From Entomortierella parvispora E1425 (lineage: Eukaryota > Fungi > Mortierellomycota): a stretch of 64,000 nucleotides of DNA. Under the pieces are notes generated by a model. That model made no database searches. It worked only from the letters and a program-made list of their open reading frames with translations, and had not been told where the DNA came from. The position numbers and the translations under genes were made by a program. Shown here in pieces: positions 1-12,510 of this stretch. How positions within the stretch are numbered: the stretch's first letter is position 1; each line of letters starts with the position of its first letter. The DNA lies in assembly GCA_020891255.1 (NCBI GenBank), contig BQFW01000005.1, positions 1,054,001-1,118,000 on the forward strand, given 5' to 3'.

Positions 1-149
1 ATACGTAATGCAAAGAGTCGAAGGCAGAAACAGCCGAAGTGGATAGGCCTTCAAGGTATAAAAAGGAGGAGGTTTCGGCTTGTTCAAGCTCACTATCAAA
101 CCATCTTCACCACTCTTCTCCACCTCTCCAAACAAAAAAAACCAACACC

Positions 150-503
150 ATGAACTTCAAGTTTTTCCTCGGTATGCTCGCTCTTGTTGGCGCCGCCTCC
201 GCTTCTTGCACCCAGCAGGCCGCGCAGAGCATGCCCTATGACGTCCAAGTCTTTGAGAACGACGACTGCTCTGGCAGAACGCTCCACATCCAGTGCGACT
301 ATGACCACGAGGCCATTGGCACCACCAAGGACTACGGATTCAGCTACAATTCAGTCCTCGTCGGTAGCAAGTACGCGGTCACCCTTTACGATAACCAGTA
401 CAAGGTGTCCAGGGCCTGGGGCAAGTCCGACAACTACTACTTCCAGTGGGGCAAGGTTCCCGCCGGCATGCAGTTTGTCATCTGGTGCCACGGCTCCGAG
501 TAA
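150..503 (+). CDS. Small secreted protein (117 aa), beta/gamma-crystallin-like fold suspected
   Basis: ATG at 150 followed by a hydrophobic signal peptide (MNFKFFLGMLALVGAASA); VQVFENDDCSGR and YNSVLVGSKYAVTLYD resemble crystallin Greek-key motifs; intronless ORF to TAA at 503. Confidence 0.75.
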   Translation: MNFKFFLGMLALVGAASASCTQQAAQSMPYDVQVFENDDCSGRTLHIQCDYDHEAIGTTKDYGFSYNSVLVGSKYAVTLYDNQYKVSRAWGKSDNYYFQWGKVPAGMQFVIWCHGSE

Positions 504-1390
504 GCTCGCTGGATCCGAAGCTTCACTGTCTATCTACACCGTTTCACTTGGGATTTCTAGTTAAGACTTCATTTGCCACTTCGCCGGCCTTCGATCAAAC
601 GTATGATACAAATAACTTTTCAATAAACTTGATGTTTGTATGAATCGGCGCTTAACATTCAATGGCAACTGTGTACACTGAAGAGTGGATTAGAGATGTG
701 GGGGCTTGTGGTTGTTCGTCTTTGGGTACCACTGTGCTCTGCAAGGAGCAGCAGCGATATACCAATGTGCGATCTGTCGTCAAGCGTCAAACACGTCTTG
801 CTTTCGAATCATCTTGCGACATGTGTTGCTTGCAGTGCATTGGGTGAAAAGAAGATGGGAGGGGCCATTGGCACTTATGAAGAGGGTAGTTGAAGTGTTG
901 TCATCCAGGGACGGGGACCATGTTGTCCAGATTTTTATTTCACGTGATGTCAAAAAAAGTTTACGCCGTCCTAGTCTCTGGCTCCTGCGTACGGCCCCAA
1001 TCAAGGGCACAGTCCCCCCCCAGAATGCCAACCTACGCTGGGGCAGGGGATATCCTTCTGGTCGATCAACGAGAGCTACCGCCAGCAGCGTTGTGTAAGC
1101 CTGAGAATAGAAAAGGTATGGGCATGCTATTTATTGGGCAAGAGAAAGGGCTCTTGCAGAGAAAGTTGAGGGCTGTTTGTGGGTCTTTCGAAGGCATGCC
1201 ACACCAACGTACCCTGTCGGACAAACATGCAACAACGAGAGCGGCTAAAAAAATAATTATCTTGTGCATCGATTCGCCCTGTTAGCTTCTCTTTGTTCTT
1301 GGCTTCCTTTCTTTCTCTCTCTTTACTTCTTCCTCTTTCCATTCAACGCTGCCACTTCCTCCTCGCAACCATCCTCTCTTACCCATCGAC

Positions 1391-2358
1391 ATGACTAACA
1401 CTGAACTAGGGCCAAAGGTTCTCATTGTGGGTGCAGGCCTTGGCGGCTTGGTACTCGCCCTCATCCTTGAAAAAGCTAATATCGATTATGAAATATTTGA
1501 GCGAGCGACGGAGATCCGACCTTTGGGTGAGTGAGTAACTTTTTTTTTTTGCCCAAGGTACCTGTGGATCACATTACTTAAGAGGGGTCTCTTTCCTACC
1601 TCTATTCCTTATGATATGGTCGCTGTTTAATGCTATCCACAACTTTTAGGTGCTGCCATTGCCCTTGGTGTCAACGCCACCCCTTTTCTCAAGCAGCTGG
1701 GGCTTTTTGACGAGTTTGTATCCCTGTCCAAGGTTATCAAGACGATGGACAACTACAATGACCAGCGCGAGTTGGTTTTCACAATGGACTTTGGCCCAAC
1801 ACATGAGATGTAAAAAGGCACTGAAAAGAAGCTCTTGTAAAAAACGGTGGTCCCTTGACGGAAAAACTGATTATTGATTTGTTGTGTAAACAGGGGAGGA
1901 AGCGCCGGTTATGTGCTCGCCCGCTCGGTCCTGTATGATCTCTTGCTCCGACAGATCCCTGAGAACAAGATCCATTTAAAGAAACGAGTCTTGTCAGTTA
2001 GTCAGGGCGACATCTCTGTCAGGATCGATTGTCAGGACGGTACATTTTACGAGGGCGACATCCTGGTCGGTGCAGATGGTGCTTATAGTTCGGTGAGGCA
2101 GTCCCTTTATGAGCGGATGAAGAGGGACAACCTGTTGCCCAAGTCAGATCAGGGCGTGTTACCATACAGCTGTGTCTGTCTTGTGGGGCAAACGGACCCG
2201 CTTGACCCCGAGGTCTTCACAGAGTTGAAAGAGCCAGTCTCAACGTTCTGGGCCATCAAAGCTGACGATAAGCCGTATTCTGTAAGTCGAGCGTCAAAAA
2301 GAAAGGACGGGGCGGGTCCCTCTGCTCAACTGTCGCGGACTGCTACAGACCCCACCAC

Positions 2359-2391
<33 letters not shown>

Positions 2392-3298
2392 CACATTTGA
2401 CGAGCAGTGGACCAACATATCCGTACCAGGAAATCGATACTGCTGGCACGTTACTCAGTACCTGGATGAGGCCTCTAGCAAGGAGAATGATACCTTCAGG
2501 AGCTCTGAATGGGGATCAGAGTCCGCCGTGTCCATGTGCAAAGAAGTTCGAGATTTTCCTATTCCCGGCGGAGCACAAACGGGCGAACTCCGGACAATGG
2601 GCGCTTTGATCGACAAGACACCCAAAGATCTGATATCGAAGGTGATGTTGGAGGAAAAGATCTTCAGGACATGGCATCACAAGCGCACGGTGCTCCTCGG
2701 AGATGGTAAGGATCATGGGTCTATCCAGAGAAGAGGGATTATATTCCGCCTCCTCGCTCCTAAACTGTCCAGCGTTCTTCTTATTAGCCTGCCACAAAGT
2801 TCACCCAGCCTCTGGTGCGGGTGCACTGAATGCAATCTTGGACGCCGTAACACTCGGAAACTGGATCACGGCACTACAGGACCCCTCTATTGAATCTCTG
2901 GAGAAGGCTTTTAAAGAATACAAAGCTGAGCGTTACCCTGTTGTCATGGCTGCGTACAACAATGGGAGGCTTCTCTCTAAAATCAACGCCAAGGTTTCTA
3001 ATATGATCCGGCACATCATCTCTGCCCTCTTCGCTTTCTCCTTTTGCTGACTCTATGCTCATTGGTTTTGCACTCCACTTAGGCAAACTGGAAAACCAAG
3101 ATAATCCGGTACATGTCTCGAAACACACCTACCTGGCTATGGATGATCATGATGAGGCGAATGGCCGAGAATCGTCCTCAAATCTGGTTCTTGCCCCTCG
3201 TCGAAGACAAAGGCACTGTGCCACCAAAGTATCAACCCAGTTTGCAAAAGAATTTGCCTTTGCTCAACCAACAGGACCGCGCTGCTCAGGTGGTCTGA
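1391..3298 (+). CDS. FAD-dependent monooxygenase (group A, FAD_binding_3 type), paralog 1, 5 introns
   Basis: GxGxxG motif (VLIVGAGLGG), DG motif (DILVGADGAYSSVR) and GD motif (LLGD-ACHKVHPASGAG); exons join in frame at GT-AG junctions (first intron 1527-1649). Confidence 0.92.
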
Positions 3299-3762
3299 GG
3301 GCTAGAGACAAAGTTGAAGAGAGTAGGCTGCCGAATAAATAGAGATCTTCAAGTCAAGGAGTGAAAGAAAAATGTCAGCAATGGTGATAGATTGATTAGA
3401 AAGCGCGTCCACTTCTCCCAGGACTCTCCTGAGGGTTCTCTTTTCTTTTTTCAAAAGGAAGCTGGAGGGCGTCAGGCAACGGATGAGGTCTCCATTTTTG
3501 ACGGCGGAACAGACCTGCATCGAACTCAATTGCTCAGAGGGATGCATCGGGATGCATCTTAGCTCTGAACCTTGTGTCGACTGATTTTTTTTGGCTGCAT
3601 GTGGATTTCATTTCTTGTCCGTGGCTTGCTGGGCCAGGACCATGGGAAGAGACTTTTTGGGCTGCTGATGGACGGCTCATTTCGATTTTTCTTTCTCTTT
3701 CTTCTTTTGTTTCCTCTTTCCCTCGGTCCAGCCCCACCAACCCTGCGCCTATCCCACTCACC

Positions 3763-5664
3763 ATGGCCACTCCCACAACAAAACCAAAGGTCCTGATTGC
3801 TGGAGCAGGCATCGGTGGTCTCGTGCTTGCCATCATCCTCGAGAAGGCTCAGATCCCATATGAGATCTTTGAACGGTCGACAGAGACGAGGCTCTTGGGT
3901 CAGTTCGTCTCTCCCTCTCCCTGTTTTAATGCTACTATTGTTCAAAGACTTGCGGAAATGGGCTTATTCAACTTTACTCTACTCTTTCCTGCGCAATAGG
4001 AGCATCTCATTCTCTTGGAGTAAACGTCATGCCATTCCTTAAGCAGATCGGCATTTTTGAAGAGTTCACATCTATCGCCAAGGTTATCAAGACAATGGAC
4101 AACTACAACGAACAGCGAGAGTTGGTCTTTACAATGGACTTTGGACCCACGCACCATATGTATGTGCTTGCAACCAAGGACATCACAGATTGATACACAA
4201 AAAAGAAGGAATAGCAAGGTCAAAAAATGAGCTAATCTAAACATTCAATCTGGTACAGGGGTGGAGGCTACGGCTATGTCACATCCAGACCTGCACTGCA
4301 CGACCTCTTTCACCGCCAAATTCCATCGCACAAGATTCATCGGGGGAAGAAGGTCGTGTCTGTGGAACAGGATAAGAGCTATGTCCGAATCCACTGTCAG
4401 GACAACACAACGTACGAAGGAGATATCCTCGTGGGCGCCGATGGAGCTTACAGTGCAGTGCGACAGTCCTTGTTCGCAAAGATGAAAGAGGAGGATATTC
4501 TGCCAGCGTCGGATCATGGAGCTTTGCCATATAGCTGCGTCTGTCTTGTTGGACAAACCCGGCCGCTGAGTTCAGAGCTCTACCCAGAGCTGCTTGAACC
4601 CATCTCAAAGTTTAGCGCTGTCAAGGCAGAGACGGAGCCATTTTCTGTAAGTGGTCACAAGATACCGTTTGACATTCTCTTTTTCATGTATGTTTTGCGG
4701 ATGACAGGTATTGACACGTCTCCTTTCCTCTCCTTTTTTTTTATTGATTAGTGGACATCGATATCAGTACCTGGCAACCGTTATTGCTGGGTCGTGACTC
4801 AATATCTGGATGAAGAGTTCGGAACTGATAAGAACGACACTTATAGGAGTTCAGAATGGGGTGCCGAATCTACAGAATCGATGTGCAAGGAAGTCCGAGA
4901 TTTCCCCATCCCTGGAGGCGTTGGACCAGAGGCGCTGCGAACTGTGGGAGCACTGATCGACAACACTCCCAAGGAGTTGATCTCGAAAATCAAGTTGGAG
5001 CAAAAAGTGTTTGAGACCTGGTACCACAAACGCACCGTCCTTCTTGGCGATGGTGAGTGACATTCATCTGTAATTTCAATCACAGCAGGAACCTGGTCAA
5101 TCTCCAAGGCTAACAATGTTGCTTATGTATCGATCATCCAACCCATCCCTTTCCTCAGCTTGTCACAAGATTCATCCTGCCAGTGGCGCAGGCAGTCTCA
5201 ATGCCATCATGGACTGCGTTACTCTAGGCAACTGTATTGCAGCATTACAGGATACCAGTATTGAATCGTTGGAAAAGGGCTTCCAGGAGTACAAAGAGGA
5301 GCGATATGATGTAGTCATGGACTCATATAACAACGGACGAATGCTTTCTAAAGTCAACGCAAAGGTAACATCTAAAGCAGTATGGTTTCCCGACCTGCAC
5401 GATTCTTTCAAGGAGTTGACATTCTCGTACTTTTCCGAACATCCCTTCTAGTCCACGTGGAAGTCGCGACTGATCCGTTTCTTGACCCAAAATATGCCCA
5501 ATTGGCTGTGGATGATTATGATAAAGCGCATGGCTGAGAATCGTCCACAACTCTGGTTCCTTCCCCAAGTCGAGGACACGGGCACGGTCCCGCCAAAGTA
5601 CCAAGCGAGTCTCCAGAAGAACCTTCATCTGGCTGAGGCAAGAGACACGGCCTTGGTCGTTTAA
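3763..5664 (+). CDS. FAD-dependent monooxygenase, paralog 2, 5 introns
   Basis: KVLIAGAGIGG, DILVGADGAYSAVR and LLGD-ACHKIHPASGAG; same intron positions as paralog 1; stop TAA at 5664. Confidence 0.92.
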
Positions 5665-5970
5665 AGGAGACACAGCATAGGAACACAGAGTAAAGACACT
5701 TTGACTATGACTGATCTTTGGTGTATTATGGTTGTGGCTGGCAATTGCGATATCAACGATGGTGCCACTGACGGGAACGACAATGACGGGAAGGAAAATT
5801 AAGGGCAGTTACAAAGGCGAGTTCAGGGAGAAGGTGACATACTTCCCCTGAGATTTGAGGCGAATTTTTTTACCATAAGTGGCGCACAAGGGAATTTATT
5901 TTGGATGATGCAGACAGCAGTCAGATAAGGGGTTCTGAAAACATGATCCTCTATCGTCGTTGGTCTCGGC

Positions 5971-7279
5971 TCACGAGGCTGACACATTCACAACCCGGAG
6001 CCGCGGAGCTGTCGTCGACTCTTGGACATTCAAAGTTGTTACTACCCTGTTCGTGTAGGTGACACCATTCTGATCCGACTTTGGTTTCTTGACTGTGGGT
6101 CTTCGCTTCAAAACAGTTTTTGGTTCCTCAAATTCATGTCCTTGCTTGTCGATATCGCTCAAGTGTGCAGCTGACGACTCCGAGCTGGACTCTTCTTTGA
6201 CGTCTAGTATTGAAGGTTGGACGGATTCCTTTCCAGCTGCGAGTGCGGCACTCCTGCGAAGTCTAATCTGCTGATTGATCCAGTCGTAAAAGAACTTGAC
6301 ATGCAGCAGAGATTTGTAGATGCCCATCATCTTTGTGCTCGGTGTCATGGAAGGGCGACCGTAGATATATTCATGCATGAGGGCAAAGTCGAAAAGGATA
6401 CGGAAGACCAAGTAACTCGCACCAAAAAGGTTGTCGTTCCTGAGTCGCTTATCCAGGAATCCTAGACCGATGATCACAGTTGGGACTGACAGAGGTGAAA
6501 GAGTCAGTACAAAAAAAAAAAAAATCAATCTCCTTGAAGTTGCGACACCATCCCCCTTTACTGCAATTCTCACCCTCAATCAAAAGACAGGCAGCAAAGC
6601 TATGGGCCTCATCGATCACCACGACGGCGCAATAAGCAATGACGATGTAAACGAGGTGATGTACCCATCCTGCCAAAAGCGAGATCTTCTCCTTGTAATA
6701 GCGTACGCCGCAAAGAAGATCCATCACCAGGTACACAGTGAAAAAGATCACAATGTACTGGCCCTCTCGACTATGCGCTGGCTGGAACCGGGTATCAAAA
6801 AAGATGGCCCGGCGGTACCAGGGCATGGCTGCTCGAGCACAATCGTACTCCTTGTAAAATGCGATCCTAGCCTCGACCAGTGCAGCTTGATCCTGCGCCG
6901 GGGTGTTGAGCTGCAACAACGATTGATCCAAAGCAACAGTATCCAAACGCCCCAGCACCTCGGTCGCTGACAGCTTCTCAAAGGATGGAGGAGTATACGG
7001 AATGTCGTACCGGTAGAAACCAACTCCAGGTGTGTGGCTGTATTGTTCATAGGGGATTGGTCTTGACAGAGTTGTGCGAGCGTGCATTATCAAGACGTAG
7101 AGCCCACTAAAGCTGAAGACCGTGGCTGATACTATAGTGAGGACCCAAGAGAGGTTCCGACGGCTCTTGCCAAAGAAGGGCACAAAGGTCTTGATGAGAA
7201 AAAAGTACGACAGGTGAATCCCCAGACAGATCAGAGCTACCAGCCCTTGTTCAGGAGTGGGCGTTATCCGGTAAGTCAT
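5971..7279 (-). CDS. TLC (TRAM/LAG1/CLN8)-domain membrane protein, 1 intron
   Basis: Multiple hydrophobic helices; YLVMDL...GWVHHLVY...LLIE|VPTVIIGLG...RNDNLFGASYLVFRI is TLC-like; a GT-AG intron at about 6490-6573 joins the two ORFs in frame. Confidence 0.75.
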
Positions 7280-8774
7280 TGCAGAGAGAGATGGACTTGG
7301 AAACTTGAAAGGCGAGATAGGCGAGTACTCTTGGGAAAATACGGGTTCAGGGATAGTCGACAAAGAAGGATCGGAAATAAAGAAGAGACGAAAAATATGA
7401 AAAAAATCAGGAAGGACCATTGTTCCCCTTCCCCCCATTTTTTGGTTTTTGTGACCTCCTTTATGGTGGCCCCTTGATCGTATATCATTTGTTCTTTTTT
7501 GCATTTGTCCTGCATGCCAAAGGCGTGAGAGATCCAGGAGGATATCTCTAGGCTATCTCCAAAACATCGAGAGGGTGCGTAATGGAGTAGTGAAAAGTTG
7601 TATCTTTGTCTGCGCGACAAGTGGCTTGATTTGATTCAAGGTTGAATGGGGTGTATGTTCTGATCAATGGTCATGGTACAATCGAGTGTACGCACAGAGT
7701 GTCTGCGGGCTCAAGACAAAAGGTCAAGTACACTGTACACTTTCAAGAACTATAGTGCCAATGTAATCGCAAGCCGTCTACTCTACAGGCAAACTAGTTT
7801 GTCCTGGAGAACGAGAGAGAGACGAGGAGCAACACCAGGTCGAGCATTCTGTGCTAAAGGACGCAAGGAGAGTTGCTAACCTGCGAATGTAAGACTGGGC
7901 CGCAGGGATTACATTCTTGGGCAAGTGTGTTACCAATGTCTCGACAAGACCGCTGATCTTGTGTGCAGGGGTTTTCAGTTGAGATGATTGTCTTTCCTCA
8001 AAGGGAAAAAAACAAGTTCTCAATTCAGTTGTCAGAACTGGGTCATCTTTGTCCATGTGTATTTCTGAGGTATCTCTCCTTGTCCAGACTCGACACGGAT
8101 GAGGGGGTACAAAGGTTAAGAATGGCTTCGTGTCTGATAACTCGACCTTTCACCTGCCCAGCCAACAACTGTTGCTGTCTCTGCTGTGCAGCAACTGAAG
8201 GGCTGGTGAGAGACAAACAACAGTTGCAAAAACAGTCACCGCTCGTAGAACGATAACCATGGGCCAGACAGGGGGAGAACAAACAAACAAAAAAAGTTGT
8301 GCCTGGAGATTTTTTGTGCTGTGTATCTCCTTTTCTGCACCCCTCATTGACCACGCAACGCGTGCAGCAGCCCGCCCTACATGGTTACAGTAAGAAGTTG
8401 GGAGAACGAGCGGGAGCTTGGACACACACACACGCACCCTTGGGCAAGAAACGAGTTGGCAGTCAAGATCGTACTGAAATAGAGTCCCGTCATCCATCGA
8501 GCGGTCCGGGTGCTGTTCCATGGTGGCACAAAGCACCGTGGCTCTTTTCCGCAAAAATGGTCACCGTCGAGCACCGAACCTTGTTTGAATTGTTCTTCCA
8601 TTTTTCTCTCCATTCCCGCCTGCCTTTGCACCCTTTCTTTCTTCCTTCTTTTCCTTCACCCTCCTGTTCTGGCTCTATATTGTGTTTCCATTCCTTTGTT
8701 CCTTCACCTTGCCTCAACCCTCCTCTCCTACTCACCACGTCTCTTCTCCTCTCGACAATATTACAATCAGCGAA

Positions 8775-10651
8775 ATGACTTCACTGCCGATTGACGCTCA
8801 GCAAAAGCCAAAAGTTTTGATCGTCGGTGCCGGCATTGGTGGAGTATGCTTGGCTTTACTCCTCGAAAAGGCCGGCGTCCCCTACCTAGTCCTTGAACGT
8901 GCCGACGAGATCAAGTTCCTCGGTACAACAGGGTGGCAGTCGTCGTTCCTTCCACTCCCTTCTCTTCTATGGACAAAGATCACTCACATTCTCCTTCCCG
9001 CTTCATTTCCATTTCAGGCTCCGCCATCGCCTTGGGCGTCAACGCCATGCCATTCTTCAAGCAGGTTGGGCTATACGAGGATTTCAAAAAAGTCGCCAAA
9101 GAAAACCACAAGATCGACGAGTTCAACGAGAACCGAGAGCTTGAATTCACCATGGACTTTTCAGCCACTTTTGAAATGTAAGTGGAGAGAGCCTTTGTGT
9201 CATCCAAAAAAAAAAAAAAAAAAAAAAAAAATATGAATTAAAACTGAGCCTCATCTACCCTTCTGCAGAGGCGGCGATCGAGGATACATCATCTCGCGCC
9301 CAGTTCTCCATGAGCTACTGTTACGTGGGGTCCCCAAGGAAAAGATTTTGATGAAGAAGCGAGTCCTGACTATGATGCAGGGTGATATCGGTGTTTCCGT
9401 CACCTGTGCAGACCAGACCGTCTATGAGGGAGATATGCTTGTCGGCGCCGACGGAGCCTACAGTGCCGTTCGGCAAGCACTGTATGAGCGTATGAAGAAG
9501 AACAAGAAATTGCCTGCATCTGACAATGTCCCTCTGCCCTTCACTACAACATGTCTTGTCGGTCGCACTGAGCCATTGTCCCCAACTGAGTTCCCAGAGT
9601 TGCTAGAGCCCATGTCGAGATTCAGATCCGTCAAGGGTGACAATAAGCCATATTCGGTACGTGTTTTCAGTCATTTATTCTCATAGGGGCGCAGCTTTGG
9701 GTTCGATGCAAAGACTCAACAAAAATATTATCATACATCATAGTGGATGACACTGACGACAGCCGATAACAGGATCTGCTGGGTCGTGATCGAATACCTC
9801 AACGAACAATCCAGTAAAGAAAACGACAGCTTCCGTCAGTCAGAGTGGGGCCAGGAGGCGGCCGAGTCCATGTGCAAGCTCGTTCGGGATTTCCCGATCC
9901 CTGTTGGACCAGAGGGCTCAAACATGACGTTGGGAACATTGCTGGACAGGACCCCCAAGGACTTGATTTCCAAGGTTATGTTGGAGGAGAAGGTCTTCAC
10001 GACTTGGTATCATGGAAGAACTATTCTCTTGGGTGATGGTACGTGAGAGAACTTTGGGTTGAAGCTGACAATGACCTTTAGTTTCGATGAATTTCACAGG
10101 ATTGCTGACCATACATTTTTTTGTGTGCAACTGCATCGTATGTTGTTCAACTCTATAGCGTGCCACAAGGTAAGCCAGGAGCATGCAGGTCGATCCTCAA
10201 ACTCTTTTTTTATTGACCCGATTTTTTTTTTTTTGTCTCGATAGGTTCACATTGCCAGTGGCGCGGGGGCACTTAATGCTATGCAAGGTAAGACCGGTGA
10301 ATAGTGAACAATGCGTATGTGATGTTCCTTTAGAATATCTCATGTTGGGGTTGAATTTGGTATAGGATTTACCGCATTTCATTCACTGCAATTCATCTTG
10401 AGTATGCTAGCTTGCTAACTTTTGCCCCTGCGATTGTATTAATACCTACTACGACAGATGCAATTGTGTTGGCCAACTGGATCGCAGCCTTGCCATCTCT
10501 GGCTATCGAAGATATGGAGCAAATCTTTAAGGAGTACAAGAAGGAGCGGTTCGATGTCGCAATGTCTGCATACAATAATGGGCGTATGCTCTCCAAAGTC
10601 CCGGGAGCGGTAAGATAATCACTGCCCGCCTGCTTTCTTACTCTTTTCTCT

Positions 10652-10689
<38 letters not shown>

Positions 10690-10948
10690 TGCTGACAACT
10701 CGTTTCGTTTCTCACTTTTGAACATGTAGGGCCTGACTTCCAAGATAATCCGGTACATGACCAGAAATGTACCCGATTTTCTGTGGTTGATCATGCTGAA
10801 GAACATGGCTGCCAGTCGTCCCCAGGTTTGGTTCCTGCCTTTGGCCAAGGACACTGGTACGATTCCCCCAAGAGATCAGCCCAGCTTGCGCAAGAATCTC
10901 CACAAAGCTGCGTCGTTGGACACTCAAGGACAGGCCGTGTCTGCTTGA
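8775..10948 (+). CDS. FAD-dependent monooxygenase, paralog 3, 7 introns including an 11-nt microexon
   Basis: KVLIVGAGIGG, DMLVGADGAYSAVR and LLGD-ACHK-VHIASGAG; exons at 10159-10169 and 10245-10287 are needed to rebuild the GD motif. Confidence 0.9.
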
Positions 10949-11180
10949 TCTCCTCCATTCATGCTCATAGACATCATTGCATTGTAGACGATTTCCACTT
11001 ATCAATCAAAAGCAAGAGCAAAAAAAAAAAAAAAAAAAAAAAATGCACGCAAAATGTATGCGAATGGACAAGTGCAACGTTTCCCAACAAAAGTCCCGAA
11101 TGTTGTCATGGGACTGACTCTCTCTGTGCCTTGAGACGATTTCGTGAATTACAAACGAGGGCCCAAGGGAACTGGAGGTT

Positions 11181-12219
11181 GCAGCATCCGCGATTACATG
11201 TAGAAATATACCTGCAATCGTATGGGCTGCACGGCGATGGGTGAAGAGTATGTAGTCCACTGCGTCCACAAGAGCTGGAATGGTGCAGCATTTGCGATTA
11301 CATGTAGAAAAATACATGTAATCGCATGGGCTGCGCGACGACAGTGGGTGAAGAACAACTCATGGATCTATGAATGGTCATTTTTTTGACGAGTTGGGCA
11401 AAAATCGCGAATCCTTGATTTTACGACATGTATCGATGCTTCTCGGCAAGCGGAACAAAGTCCACTTGGTCCAAGGTGAAAGAAACCAAGCTTCATTAGT
11501 CAACATTGCTGTTCTAAGCGCAGGCCCTTTGGCCCTCAATGTCAACTAGTAAAGTATCGTTTCTTTCACCTTGGACCAAGTGGACTTTGTTCCGCTTGCC
11601 GAGAAGCATCGATTGATGTCGTAAAATCAAGGATTCGCGATTTTTGCCCAACTCGTCAAAAAACTGACCGTCCATAGATCCGTCGGCTCCTTGTTGGGCC
11701 ACCCACTCAACGCAACATTTGCGATTGCAAGAAGAATTTCCTTCCTTCCATCGCAGGTGCTTCGTTCGCTCCGGTCCACATGGTGCTGACCTGTTGGACC
11801 GCGCATCTTGGAACAGCAATGACGACTAGTAAAAAGTCATCCCTTTCACCAGTGGCCAAGTGTACTTTGTTCCTTTCGCCGAGGAGAATCGATCCGCCTC
11901 TTGATATCAAAGATCGGCGTTTCTCTCCCAACTCGTCAAAAAACCGACAGTCCGTAGATCCCCACTTTGCTCGATCCTCCACTTCGTTTTGGCAATGCCG
12001 GCTAGTAAAAAGTCATCCCTTTCACTTGGGCCCAAGTGCACTTTGTTCCTCTCGTCTCGGAGAATCGATCCGCCTCTTGATATCAAAGATCCACATTTTT
12101 CTCCCAACGCGTCAAAAAAACCGACAGTACATAGATCCGCCTGCTCCCTCTCACAAGAGTTGGAGGGTGCAGCATTTGCGATTTTATGTACAAAAAAAAC
12201 CTGAAATCGCATGGGCTGC
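11181..12219. repeat. Composite repeat: three ~50-bp hairpins and four ~145-bp units, the first two forming a palindrome
   Basis: Unit 11364-11508 is the reverse complement of 11537-11681; further direct copies at 11817-11961 and 11993-12138; hairpins at 11181-11230, 11285-11334 and 12169-12219. Confidence 0.85.
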
Positions 12220-12510
12220 ACGATGGCTACACGAGGAGAATAGGTATCTGTCTTTGTGAAGATCGTGTCCTGCCAGCCCACATTGTACTTTTGACCTGCT
12301 CTGTTCCCCTCAACACATGGTTTCTGCCCACGGGGGGGGGGGGGTTAGGATCACAATACCCTTTATCCTGTTTGAAAGTCGGTTCAAAAAATGCAGAATT
12401 TTAATGGGGGGTGTCTATGAAATGATGATGCAATATGTGTATGTTGCCAAAACAGAATAATAGCATGAGCGAAAAGGAGGCAGCCTATAACGAAGTAGTC
12501 GTGCTCACAA

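Noticed and set aside
7778-8056. 92-aa minus-strand ORF between the TLC gene and monooxygenase 3
   Set aside because: No recognisable motif, paralog or splice context.
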